From Carpediemonas membranifera BICM (taxonomy: Eukaryota; Protista; Fornicata), in contig JAHDYR010000069.1 of assembly GCA_019828565.1 (NCBI GenBank), positions 663,794 to 727,793 of the forward strand: a DNA stretch of 64,000 nucleotides, read 5' to 3'. The notes beneath the pieces are model-generated. The model was not told the origin of the DNA and did not search any database. It saw only the letters and a program-made list of their open reading frames with translations. Below are positions 49,928 through 62,177 of the stretch, piece after piece. The position numbers were made by a program, and so were the translations under genes. How positions within the stretch are numbered: position 1 is the stretch's first letter; every line of letters starts with the position of its first letter.

Positions 49928-52900
49928 GTGGTGCAAACTGGTAATTCCCTGATTTACACAGGTGTACAGGATACGTTAAATTTCTTTCTTTCGGGAGCCC
50001 CAACGCGGTTTAAGGCGAAGTTCGCAATCCTCAGTGGGGACCGCGAGAAAATCCTTATTGGCACCGACATTCTTCGTGTACTCGGGCTTCTTACGAAGGA
50101 TTCCTTATTCCTCCAGCTCGTAGCCGAAAATCTGAGCAAGGAGGACGGGGACGACATTCCGCTGAGTTTGAACCAGTTAGACGTCTCGGAGGACGTTGGT
50201 GCTGTTGAAATTCCCGAATCCGCGAGCGCCACGCTCCGAAGCGAGGTACGAGCGCTACTTGCTGAGTATTCCACGTTGTTCGGCCCCATTCCGGCTCAAG
50301 GAGCCAAGGTTGAACCTATGCGGATCCGATTGAATGACCCGGACGCCCTGGTCCAGGAACGAGCCCGGGAGACTATCAGGGGAACGACGCCTTCAGGTGC
50401 GGGAAGAAGTAACCCGCCTACGCCACCTTGGCATCACCAGGAACAGCGTCGGACCGTTCTCCTCCCCGATCGTGGTAGTGGATAAGAAGAACGGCGCCAT
50501 ACGCCTCTGTGTGGACTACACAAAGCTCAACATTCTCACCATTCGTGACCATTTTCCCCTTCCCGACTTGAAAACCTTCGTGCAGGAGGCGGCGGGGGCT
50601 CAATTCTTCGCCAGCTTGGACTTGACGTCCGGGTACCATCAGATGCCCCTCCACGAGGAAGACAGAGCTATGACGGCGTTTGTAACACCTGACGACTACG
50701 AGGAGTTCAACCGAGTCCCATTCGGGCTGACTAACGCTCCGAGTTATTTCCAGCGTACCATGCAATCCATCCTCGCCCCGGTACTCCACCGGGGGGTGCT
50801 GGTCTATATTGACGACATCTTAATCTACGCCCAATCTGAGGAGGAACTTATAGCACGCTTAGAGCAAACCTTCCAGTTGCTGACAAAGTATGACCTTCGG
50901 CTTAGCCCGGCAAAATGTGTGATCGGCGCGGAGGAGTTAGACATCGTGGGCTTCCACCTTTCCCGCGAGGGGAAGAGCATCGACAAGCGACGGATTGAAG
51001 CACTCACGTCGATAGAGGCTCCGAGCAATGTTTCAGGGGTCAGAACACTCTTAGGGATGTTTAATTACGTGATCGACTTCATCCCAGCCGCGGCGGACCT
51101 TGTGGACCCCCTCTATGAGCTGATCAGGAACGCCGGTGAGCCATTCGTATGGGGACCACGCCAAGAGGAAGCCCTCGTGGCCCTGAGAGAGGCGGTAGCC
51201 CAAGAGACCGTCCTGGCTCAGCCTGATCCCAGCCTGCCATGGGACGTTTACACTGACGCAAGCGACCGGGGGCTTGGGGCCGTAATCACCAGGGAGAGGG
51301 CGCGAATCGCCGCCTGGTCGCCTTCGTTTCGAAATTATTTAACGCGACGCAGAGGCGCTGGGCCACCTACGACAAGGAGCTGTACGCAATCCTTCATACC
51401 CTCACCCGGCCTGACTTGAGTCCTCTACTCAAGATGGTTAACTCGCTCACTATCCACACAGACCACCGGAATATTGTGTACCTCATGCGCCGCTCCCTCG
51501 TATCCCCCAAGGTGATGCGCTGGCGGATTGCTTTGCAAGAATTCAATTTCAACATTGCCCACATATCAGGCGAGCATAATGTGGTCGCCGACGCTCTTTC
51601 ACGGCTAGAATCGTCGACTAAGACTGTGAACAGTGCCGAGATCGTACCATCGGAGGAGGAGAAGCTGCGCATACTTCAAGATCTGCATGAGGGCGCCAAT
51701 GGCCACCCCAAGGCAGTACGCCTTACGACTCTTGCGATGGAGGCGGGTCATGTTTGGCCCGACGTCTCGGCACTCGCCAAGCGGGTAGTCAAGCAGTGCT
51801 TGACATGCCAGAAGTTGCGCGCACACAAGCGATCGCCCCCGGCGAAGAACAGCACACACCGGTACACGCCCTTTGAATGCGTCCAAGTCGACACTCTCTC
51901 CCTGGGGGCTAGCGGTGAGTACAAGGGCGTCTTGGTCTTCACAGATGTCTTCACGAAATACGTGGTACTGAAGCCGGTGAGATCAACCACGGCCGCCGAG
52001 ACAGCCCAAGCAATGCTAGAAGTCTGGGCCCTATTTGGGAAACCAGCGCTACTTCAAACTGATGGCGGACCGGAATTTAGGAACCAAGTGGACGCTGAAG
52101 TCAACCGGATCCTCTCCCTCAAGCATCGTTACTCGACCCCACATCACCCAGCCTCCAACGGAATTGTTGAACGCACGAATGGAAAAGTCCTTCGTCTGTT
52201 GCGGGGTTTACTATTTGACAGCCAGGACTATGACTGGGTTCCTTTCCTCCCTTTAGTGCAGTACATCATTAATACACGGCCAACACGGGCCACGGGGCAA
52301 GCCCCCTTACGCCTAGTGACAGGCAATTCGGGATCCGACTCCGAGCAGTTTTCAGTCGCGCAATACGAGCGGGCGTGGGCCCTATTTAAGGAAATGTCGG
52401 CGGGCCAAGCCGATTGCCTGAAGGCGTTCCGCGACGCCCTTAATACCCGCCGTCTGCAAGCCAAGGCTCATCTCCAACGGTATAGCGAACGAAACAAGAG
52501 CGGCGAGGACAGCGACACACCTCCGAGCTTCCCGGATGGCTCCTTCGCACTCCTCCGCTACGTTGGCAGAGCTCCCAAGCTGCTCACCAGCCTCCGGGGC
52601 CCGATGAAGGTTGTACGAGCCGGCGAATCGCCCGCTACGCACGTGGTTCGCGACTTAGTGTCGCTGGCAGAGGTCCTGGTCAGCGATGAGCGACTCATTC
52701 CTGTCGAGACGCCAGAGGACGAGCAAGCCCTGATCGCTAGACTTGCCGCCGAGTGCGGTGAGTACGTGGTCGACAATGTCTACAAGCACAGGGTCTCAAA
52801 CAAGGGGTCCAAGGTCGAATTCAAAGTCCACTGGCTGGGCTACGAGCCGAGCGAAGACTCTTGGATTAGTTTTACCAGAGACACCGACCAGCTGGAGGCC

Positions 52901-52981
52901 CTAGACCAATATTTGCGCGAGAACCCTGCACTAGAGCCGACTCTGGCTCGTATTCGTCGCAGGTGGCGGGCCCGGTCCTAG
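49928..52981 (+). pseudogene. pol: Gypsy Pol (PR-RT-RH-IN-chromodomain), frameshifts near 50360 and 51295
   Basis: RLCVDYTKLN, LDLTSGYHQ, YIDD, TDASD, TDH, ADALSR, H..H..C..C, QVD/TDGG/VER, and FKVHWLGY..SEDSW. Confidence 0.92.
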
Positions 52982-53552
52982 CCGCAGTATTAGGCAACTC
53001 AATCGGCGAGCAGCCAATTATGCTCAATTACCCCAGGAAGTAATTCTTCCGCCCAATATCGCTCTACACATGCTTGTTACACCTCTTTTGCGGGGAATTT
53101 CGGTCCAAACCTCCCCAGTTAATCGATAGTCGATTGATTCCAAATTTTTGCGCATTGCGGGGGAACCAATGCCCGTGAGAACCTAGTGCTACAGCAGTAC
53201 AATCACCTTTATATATCTCCCCATTTCCCTCGGGTTCAGCTCTCGTTGCGATCATCTTCCCCGTTCACTCTTTCGCCATCGACTCGTGTTTCGGCCACCA
53301 CACGAGGTACTCAGACCTCAGACAGGAGGTGGAGGTAGGCCGCTGCAAGGGCATATCGAGTACACCCTTTCCATTTTTTTCCGTCCTTCGCCTCCTCCTT
53401 CTTTTCGACTCATCGCTGGGTCGTGCAGGTTAAGACCCATTCAATGAAAAATATGGTGACCCCGGGGGTCGAACCCGGTTCCACCCTGAAGGAAGATCCT
53501 CGACCATCGGATGGGTTTCTGACACAATTTGCAAAGTGGCTTTAATACTCTC

Positions 53553-53677
53553 GGTGGGGGGAGGGGTAGTGTCGCAATACCGTATTAATATTTATATATT
53601 TTATGGGTGTCGTCTTGGTCCTACTTGGTCCGAGACGACACCAGTGTGTCGAAATAAATTAGCGCATCGTTACAACA
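53553..53677 (+). repeat. Polypurine tract (53553-53566) and short 3' LTR (about 53570-53677)
   Basis: ggtggggggagggg, then TGTCG...TTACAACA with TATA-like and AATAAA signals; Gypsy C coding sequence begins right after. Confidence 0.6.
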
Positions 53678-56600
53678 GGCCACGATGCCACAAAGTGCTG
53701 GAAGAAGCAGAGGGACGAACGCAAGAAGGGTGTAAAAACTCAGGCTTGTTTCTCTCTGTCTTCTTCCTCTTTGGTCGCCCAGGGGATAGCGAAGCGTCCT
53801 GAAGCCGTGGTGTGTGTAGACGGTCGCGACGTTAACACATTGCTAGACACCGGGGCCGACACAGATTTTGTCGACAAGACGTTGATCGACGAGTTGGGGT
53901 TCGCGGATGAAATTATCCCCACAAACGTGAAGGTTCGATTGCAAGGCGGGACGGTTTACAACGTGCATGAGAAGATCGAAGTCAACATCGCTCTAGGAGT
54001 TATTCCGAAAACAGGACGCCGTACTACGGCGAAGCTAGTACTCTACATCCTACCGAGGCTTAAGCCGCAGATAGTGTTCGGATTCCCGACGCTAACGGCC
54101 TTGGGCTTGGTGGAAATCCATCTACCAACAGCTGGAGAAGGGACCAAGACGTTCCTGGAGCTGGAGGGCGATGAGTTTGACGAAGAAGTCTACCTGTCGA
54201 GCGCGCAGACGACCAATGATGCCAAGCCGGTGATAATGGACCTGACCGTGGAGGTCGAAGAGGTGTTAGCGAAGCTAGGGGGGTTGTTCGGAGGTATTGA
54301 TGAGCCGGCCGATGTGGAGCCATTCGGGTTGGACCTTCGACATGACAGAGTGGTCAACGTACCGCCCTACCGCTACGGCGAGGGCGAAGTGGAAGAGATG
54401 AAGCGACAGGTCGAGGAGCTTTGCAACATGGCGGTTATAAGACGTTCCGAGAGCCAGTACAACAACCCGGTTGTGTTAGCTTGAAAGCGGGACCGTACAC
54501 GTCGCATTTGCCTTGACTTTAGACGTCTGAACGAGAGCAAGACTGACCTGACCCACCCCTTGCCTCTAATAGACGACCTCGTAGAGAGGCTGCAGGGCAA
54601 CTCATGCTTTGCAGCCCTTGATTTGAGCAAGGCGTTTCTTCAAATCCCGTTGAAACGCGAATGCCAGGATATGACGGCCTTCATCGTTGACGGTGTCAAA
54701 TACTGTTATACGAGGATGCCCTTTGGGCTAAAAATGCTGCAGCGTACTGCCAACGGGCCCTGGAGGCAGCGCTAGGAAGCAGCGTGTACACCGACTGTTT
54801 GGTGTACGTGGACGACGTAGTGGTCTACGGCCGGGACAAAACCGAATTTCTACGTCGCCTGGAGACCGTTCTCGGAAAACTCCACGCTCGAGGACTCCGT
54901 CTCAATGCGAAGAAGTGCATCTTCGCTGCGTCCGAGATCGATTATCTAGGATGGACCGTTAGCGCCGACGGCAAGAGGATCGCAGAGAATCGCCTGCAAG
55001 GAATTCACGATCTTGCACCCCCCCGTGACCTGTCGACGCTTCGTACGCTCTTGGGGACTATTAACTACTTCCTCCCCATGATTAAGCGCTACGCGGACAT
55101 AACTGAGCCCCTTGCGGCCCTCACCCGGGCCAACAGGAAGTTTGAGTGGGGACCAGACCAACAAGACGCATTTGAGCGCGTCAAGACCTGCCTGCTGGAC
55201 AACAGAATGCTCGTACACCCCAAGCCTGGGTCGAAGCTGATATTGCAGACCGACGCAAGTGACGTCGCAGCAGGTGCCGTACTGATGCAAGAATCCGCGT
55301 CAGGTCCCAGTCCGATCGCCTTTTACTCGAAGACATTCGACGCTACTCAACGCCGATGGTCGACGTATGAGAAGGAGGCGTTCGCGATTTATTTCGCAAT
55401 GCAGAAGGCAGAGCGACTACTGATCGGACGAGAGTTTGTTGTGCGCACTGACCACAAAAATCTGCTCTACCTGGTCACCTCTGCCAACGATAAGGTGGTT
55501 AGGTGGCATCTGGCCATGGCACGGTTCAACTATTCCGTGGAACACGTGCCAGGAGTGGCCAACGGCGGTGCAGACGGCTTGTCCCGTCTAGTACACCTAC
55601 AAAGTGCCGATACGAGCCATACTGACCTGATCGAAAGCATACATGGGGGTTTACAAGGACATCTGGGCATTCGGGCTACCCTACAACGCCTGATTGAAAG
55701 AGGAGAGACGTGGAAGGGGATGTACAACGAGGTGAAACAGTTCGTCAAGGCCTGCCCGGTCTGCCAAGTCCATCGGCAGACAGCTGAGCGAGTGCCGCAG
55801 GACCGGCATTCGACGATGGGACGCCTTCCATTTGACGTAGTACAACTAGACACTGTTGGACCCCTACCTGAATCTGACGGCGGTTACCGCCACATCGTGG
55901 TGGCCATCGACACGTTCTCCAAGCTTACGATGTTATACCCCACCCACTCCACGACAGCGGCAGAGTCAGCTGAGGCCCTATTACAATGGGTCGCCCACTA
56001 CGGTATACCCCGTTTAATCCATACAGACGGCGGGTCCCAATACCGAAATCAGCTCGTCGACACCATGGTGGAGAAGCTATCGATGAAACATCATATCGGT
56101 ACGCCGTACCGACCGGCGTCGCAAGGCGTCGTCGAACGTCAGAACGCGGAACTGAAGAAGCATCTGAAGTGCCTTATGACGGAGTGCAAGACACGTGACT
56201 GGACGAAACTGATTCCACACGCTCAGTTCATCCTTAACTCGACGAAGAATAGTACCACGGGCATGTCCCCGTGGACGGTACTGTACGACCAGGAGCAAGA
56301 CTCGACGCTTGACGAGTTGAGTGACGATACAGTCTCGTTGGAGCTCTTTAGGCGTAGGATTGAAGTTAATCGCGTGGTTCAGCAACAACTGTGTGATGGA
56401 GAGTCGCCAAGTCGCGATCACATCGAGCTACAAGACACCGCAGTCCTGGTGGCGTCGAACTCCGGTAGGAGGTCGACTCTGCTCGGGCCAATGTGGTGCA
56501 TAGGCCCAGACAAGTCCCCGAACGTTTATCGTGTCCGTAACCTGACGTTATTTAGCCTGCATTAGATGACTAATATAACTGAGTTGGACACCAGGGTCGA

Positions 56601-56690
56601 CCTAACAGACGTTGGAGACGACAGTGCGGTCGACAGGAGGAGTATCCAGGCTGAGACACGGTCGACAACGACTACATCGGTGACAGGGAG
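53678..56690 (+). pseudogene. pol: Ty3/Gypsy C gag-pol remnant (knuckle end, PR, RT, RH, IN)
   Basis: GHDATKCW, LLDTGA, ICLDF, YVDD, TDASD, integrase D-D-E; stop at 54482-54484 and frameshift near 54735. Confidence 0.9.
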
Positions 56691-57262
56691 GACATATGGA
56701 TAGTATTTGAGCATGTGAGTAAGCGTGAAGTTCTGATCAGGATGATGCGAGGGTGGGTCATAAACATTGATGAGATACAACCACATTCGAGGCCAAAAGT
56801 CGCTCAAGTATTGCTTACTGTTACCTGCAGAGTAGCCCTGTATTGTTCCGTGCCTTTCAATCAAGCTCAAACACCATGCGCAGGTAGCTGGCAAATTTTC
56901 AGTCTTAAAGTGCATTATTTGCCAGCTACCTGCGCGTCGCTACGAGGGAAGCAGCAGCGGAAATAAAGACAGGAATACCTTATGGATAGCATTTATCGAC
57001 AACATCAGTGATTCTCTTGGCGAACAGTGGTCTCAGTGCAGAGAAGCATTTCGTGAAAATGTGTGAAAAATGCAGAAGCTCACAGATGCATGGAAAGCAT
57101 GTAGTGATGTCCTGTACATCCAGGGGTGTTCAGTGCCATCTCTTTCGTGTTCTTGCGCCTTGTGAAAATGGTGAAAAGATTTCACTGAATCTAATGTTTT
57201 CACCACTTTTTTTCGTGAAAACGGACTTCCTCATGATTTCCTCAGGCATCGAAACCCCGTTT

Positions 57263-59170
57263 TTAACAGTATGACGATAGCGTAGGCCTCCTTCTCGCCG
57301 GTACTCCAGCGAGACTGTACATCATTGAATGCGCGCGACATATAGCAGACGGGCTTCCCCTCTTGGAGGCGCCATACCCCACATCTGAAGCGTCTGTCAT
57401 GACAGTGTGGGCTTTCAACGCATCGAACATGGCTAGTGCGTCAGCGGAACATAGTGCCTCCTTCAGGTCATCTAGAGACTTCTTGAGGACATCTGGGGGT
57501 GGTATCGGTCGGTCTGACATGGCATCCAGGAGGGGCTTGGCACGAGTGGCGAAGTTTGGGATATAGTCCCGGAAATAGTTGAGAAATCCAACCAAGCCCT
57601 GCATGCCCTTAGTGGTTGAGGACAGTTTGAGGTTGGCGATATCTTCAGTGCGCTGAGGGGAAATTTTCACGGAACCCTTGGAAATGATCCAACCGAGGAA
57701 CTCAACTTCCTGGCAACCAAACTGGCACTTGTCGCGTCCGAGTTGAAGGTTGAGTTGGTCGACACGCTGCATGACCTTCTCAAGGTTGGCCAGGTACTCC
57801 TCCTCGTCAGCACCCATCACAATGATGTCATCAATGTAGATAACACACGCAGGACCGACTAGGCCCTTGAATCCCTCCTCCATATTTCTCTGGAAATATG
57901 CGCCAGCGTTTCGCAGGCCAAACGGCATTCAAGTATACTGATACTGACCGAAGACAGTCCGAAAGGCGGTAAGGTGGCGGCACCTTTCTGTGAGAGGGAT
58001 TTGGTGATATCCGGCAGACAATTCCAGGGTAGCGAACACGGAATTACCTGTCAGTTGCGTCAAAACCTCATCAATGCGTGGTATGTGATAGTCGAAAGGT
58101 TCTGTGAGCAGGTTAATCTCGCGGAAATCGACAACGAACCGCGTTTTCCCCCCTTTTTTCGGAACAATGATGGTGGGGCTCGCGTATTGCGACTGGCAAG
58201 CTTCGATGTAGCGTTTTGCCAAGAGAGTGTTGATATGTTCCTGCACAATCGGAGCCTTTGGCGGAGGAATGTAGTAAGGCCGAATGTGGACTACCTTGTT
58301 GCCCTTGAGTATCAAGTCATACGGCTCTAAGCGGCTTGGTTCTGAGCGATCCTCAAAGGTCTTCGCGTAGCGTCTGAGGATATCGGCTTGTCTCTCGGAG
58401 AATGAAGCAGACATGGCCCGGGCTTGGGCGACGAACTTCTCAAAAGTGGGGGGTTCGTCGTCCGCGGCGTTTCCGGCGGTGGGCTCTGATAGTGAAGGGA
58501 GGAGACCCAGCTCTACCATCTGGGGGTAATTAAGGCTTACATCGAAGGCAGTAGACAAGACGTATGCTGTGAAGTAAATGGAACAACCCCGAGGAGTAAA
58601 TGGCGAGGGTTCTAGCACCAGTCGGAAGGACACTTGGCCTTCTGCCTCGCGCATGCCACCAACGGTCTGGATCAACGTCTTCTCATGAGATATCCACTTG
58701 ACCGTCTTCCCCACGCACAGCTTAGGATCTATGGTGGCGCAATCGGCGCCTGAATCGAACAGTACAGAGATAATCTGCTTGAGTATCTTGGCCTTGACCG
58801 AAGGCAGGGTGCCGGATTGGGATCCTAAAGAATAAGCGCATTGAGCTGAATTTACCACAGTGCGGCAGAATTCAGCTCGATGGCCAGGCTTCTGACACTT
58901 GGAGCAGGTCGACTTGGGTGCAGGGCACCGCGAGCAGAATGACCTGTCTTCCCACAGTTGAAACACACGAACGGCTTCTTCTCATGCTTGTTCGCAGGCT
59001 TATCGATCGGCTTAGAAACGGGTCTGGGCGAGGTAGTGTTGGGGCGGGAAGTTTCTTGGCGATGGTGGTTTCTCGGGTTACCGGTCTGCCGGTGGTTGTT
59101 GGAACTCGAGGGGTTGTGGCGCTGAGACTCGGACGAGCCAGATGCACCACATGCTGTCTGGAGGGGGTGT
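57263..59170 (-). pseudogene. Ty3/Gypsy D internal fragment (two CCHC knuckles, PR, RT, start of RNase H)
   Basis: CSKCQKPGHRAEFC, LFDSGA, FVVDF, QYT*MPFGL, YIDD, TDASD; no LTRs seen. Confidence 0.88.
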
Positions 59171-59952
59171 AATACAGCTACTCAAGCAAAGAAAAGTAGC
59201 AGTATACTGCCACCTTTTTCTGAGAAGGCCAAAACTTCGAGCCCTCATATTTTTGTATTGGGCTAGAGCTGTACAGCGAAATTTACTGGGCGGATGTTTG
59301 CATCCAAGGGCTACCTAAGGGACGTTAAATCTCGAGATCTATATTAAATATTTACTCAATATTTACCGCAAACTTTTCTAAGATATTTCCGACCATGGTA
59401 AGCCACGCTATGCGTTTTTATTGCGTGGCTGGGTCTGTACCAAATGATATATGCTCCAGAAGTTGCAAAAATCGCAAAAGAAGTTTGTCTGTTCTCGAAA
59501 TTGCTGATTGCCAACGGCAAACCAGAACCACCACGTTGTAGTATAGCACGTGTACTACAGCCTGGCATGTCTGGTCTAGCGTTGGCAATCAGCAATTTGG
59601 AGAAATGGACGTGTCAAATTTTTGACATTCCGGAAAAGCCGAACATGGCCAGAACTGAATATAACTCAATAGATCGCTACGGTTTACTGTGAATCACTGT
59701 ACTCTTCTGAACTTGATGGCGGAATCCCGCATTTGGCCCTTTCTTGCTCTATATTGAGTAAGTTCTTCGCTCTTGCTAATCTATCCATTCCAACACGCTC
59801 TGCTACCGCCCACAGTTCTGGATGTGCTAATATTGCATCAATTGCAGCTATAACGGTTCCTATCTCTTCGTAATAGTCTCTATACCTGTAGGATTCCATT
59901 TCCAACTTAAAACTGCACTCAGTTTTTTACACCCCCACAAAAGTGGGGCAGT

Positions 59953-61083
59953 ATGGTAGAAGACCAGGAGCGGCTTTCAAGAGATACTGTGCGTGATATT
60001 GTGCACACAATCATCGCAACATGCTATCGTTGGGAAGAGAGAAGCACGAAATGCGATTGTCGCTCCATCGCGGATGCAATCCTTGCAATCCTCCCAAAAA
60101 CTGTTCTAGAGCGCATGCCGCGTAAGCAGGACTTCATGAGGTCAGTACCCAAGGCTATCGAGAACCTTGCTGGCCGCAAACTCTCTCCTAACACGAAGGG
60201 CATCTACCAAGGAATTCACGCGACAGATACAGGGCGTGCCGCATTGATAGCCGGACTCAGCCAGCTTGTAACCCTCACTGACGCTGAAATTGATCATTTG
60301 CGAAATTCCAAGCTCGACAGCTCCCAAAGAGCCTTCCGGGTGTGCCAGCCGCGCCGCAATCCTGCCGTCCCCACCCCCCACCCCACTGTTCAGACCGCTG
60401 AGCAGCCCACTATGTCCGTTGACTCCACGCGTGCAATGCAAGCTTCGTCAGTCAACGGTGCCAACGTCGCTGAGATGATTGAGGCCGTGAACCACATGAC
60501 TGAGCAGTTTAGGAACACGAAGCCAGGCGCTTCCGACGCGGAATACTTTATGGGCACCACTGCCAAGATGTGGAAGAACAGCCTCCGCAAGTGTTGCCCT
60601 TACTGCGCAGACTTACGTGGCCTCTTCTTCGTTGACGGTAGAACAGACGAAACTGTCTTAGAGTGCGACTTCTGCCACAGGTTCGTCCACAGAATCTGTG
60701 AGGATGATAGCTTTTCGACGGTCACTCGCAAGGACAAGAACAACAATGACAAGACGTTCACCGTCTGTGAGCTCTGTTCAAACGCTGAGAAGCAGACTAT
60801 ATGCATGAAGGGAGGCTGTGAGACTGATATCTCCGCGAACGGTGTCAACTCTTTCATGTGCATGTACTGCCATGCATACTTCTGCAAGGACCACATCGCC
60901 TTTAATAAGTTTGAGTCTGGCCCCGACCTTATGGGTCGTCCCTCTGAGAGAGGCCCTATCTGCATTTCTTGCTATAAGTCACTGCATCAGGAAGGGGAGG
61001 TATTCGATCTCTCGCACTTCCGTGACATGATGAAGCATTTTGATACAGCTGATGCCGAGGATAACAGTGATTCGAATCAATAA
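59953..61083 (+). CDS. Winged-helix-like + PHD/zinc-finger protein, paralog of 41508-42739
   Basis: CCPYC..ECDFCHRFVHRIC..VCELC; SFMCMYCHAYFC..CISC; RKLSPNTKGIYQGI. Confidence 0.7.
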   Translation: MVEDQERLSRDTVRDIVHTIIATCYRWEERSTKCDCRSIADAILAILPKTVLERMPRKQDFMRSVPKAIENLAGRKLSPNTKGIYQGIHATDTGRAALIAGLSQLVTLTDAEIDHLRNSKLDSSQRAFRVCQPRRNPAVPTPHPTVQTAEQPTMSVDSTRAMQASSVNGANVAEMIEAVNHMTEQFRNTKPGASDAEYFMGTTAKMWKNSLRKCCPYCADLRGLFFVDGRTDETVLECDFCHRFVHRICEDDSFSTVTRKDKNNNDKTFTVCELCSNAEKQTICMKGGCETDISANGVNSFMCMYCHAYFCKDHIAFNKFESGPDLMGRPSERGPICISCYKSLHQEGEVFDLSHFRDMMKHFDTADAEDNSDSNQ

Positions 61084-62177
61084 AGGTCAATGAATGACAT
61101 ATTGTAAGTTTATGCCGCAGATTTGATACTGTGCGGGGGCTCATGCGAGACCTGTACCTTATGGACCGATGGTGGCCGGGAGACTCTCTAGATGAACTTG
61201 AGGCCGCGGTAGAGAGGGAACTCACGGTAGTGTGGGGCAGGGTCTTGCCGACCATCATGGCCATGGGTGGCGGGTCATCAATCTGATGGGGCTGGCCCAG
61301 CTGAATAAAGATGGGAGGCGTTGTAGGCAAAGGATGCGACGTCCTGAAGGGTAATGTTGGGGGAGGTGTTCTCGAGCACATGATCGTACTTCCTCAACAC
61401 ACTTTTATTCACTCACCCTTGTTAACCACCCGAGCAACAGGCTAACAGACCACATCTACATACAACGCAAGGAAGCATGCAGGCCGGCACGTCCGACTGA
61501 CTCAAGTCCACAGCCAGACTTCTGCATTGTCATTCACCGGAGGAGCAGGCCAGAGTCACTTGCCATCTGGCGCATCATGAGGAGATATTGGAATGTGTTG
61601 ATGTGTTTATTGACTAAATGAGCTGGAATTAGGCGGGTTTGATGTTGCTTACATGTTCTGTGGCATGCCTGATGTCCAAAGATGTATTTTGGCACAGTGA
61701 TGTTGTTTAGTGTGCTCATAGCTGACCGCGTAGTTATCTGACTTCAATGTGTCGTGTTGGTGCCAAGAAATCGATGGTAGCTCGCACGTTTGAGGTAGTT
61801 GCTTGTTGCATCGATGCAACGCACTTTAAGGATTAAAAAGCTGTACCCCATAGCCGTTTCCTAAGGCCAAATGCGGCCCTCTCTAGCGTATATACACGCG
61901 TGTATTGGGACTAGATGGGACTAGATGCAGTGTTGTGGCATGCCCGGTCTAGCTGAATCCACAAATGTGGATCGGCTCTGGCTGCCGTATAGGTGGCCAT
62001 GCTTTGGACTTATGGCTGGAGACTGATACAATTGGCAGGTAGTTGACTGGTACGTGCTCATATGGACAACCGACGGCCATTCACTGGCAGGGCTCGCTTC
62101 GCAACAGACAGGCGCTCCCTGGGGCTTGGGGCTGTGCATGAGCTTAGACAATAATCGTGGGTCAGTCTGACACCTGT

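Larger units (their letters stand above)
49928..53677 (+). mobile_element. Ty3/Gypsy chromovirus B, 5'-truncated
   Basis: End of protease (ILIGTD), RT, RNase H, integrase, chromodomain, then PPT and a TGT..ACA LTR. Confidence 0.85.

Noticed and set aside
53454-53677. TRIM mini-retrotransposon (PBS-PPT-LTR)
   Set aside because: No matching 5' LTR upstream of the PBS-like motif.
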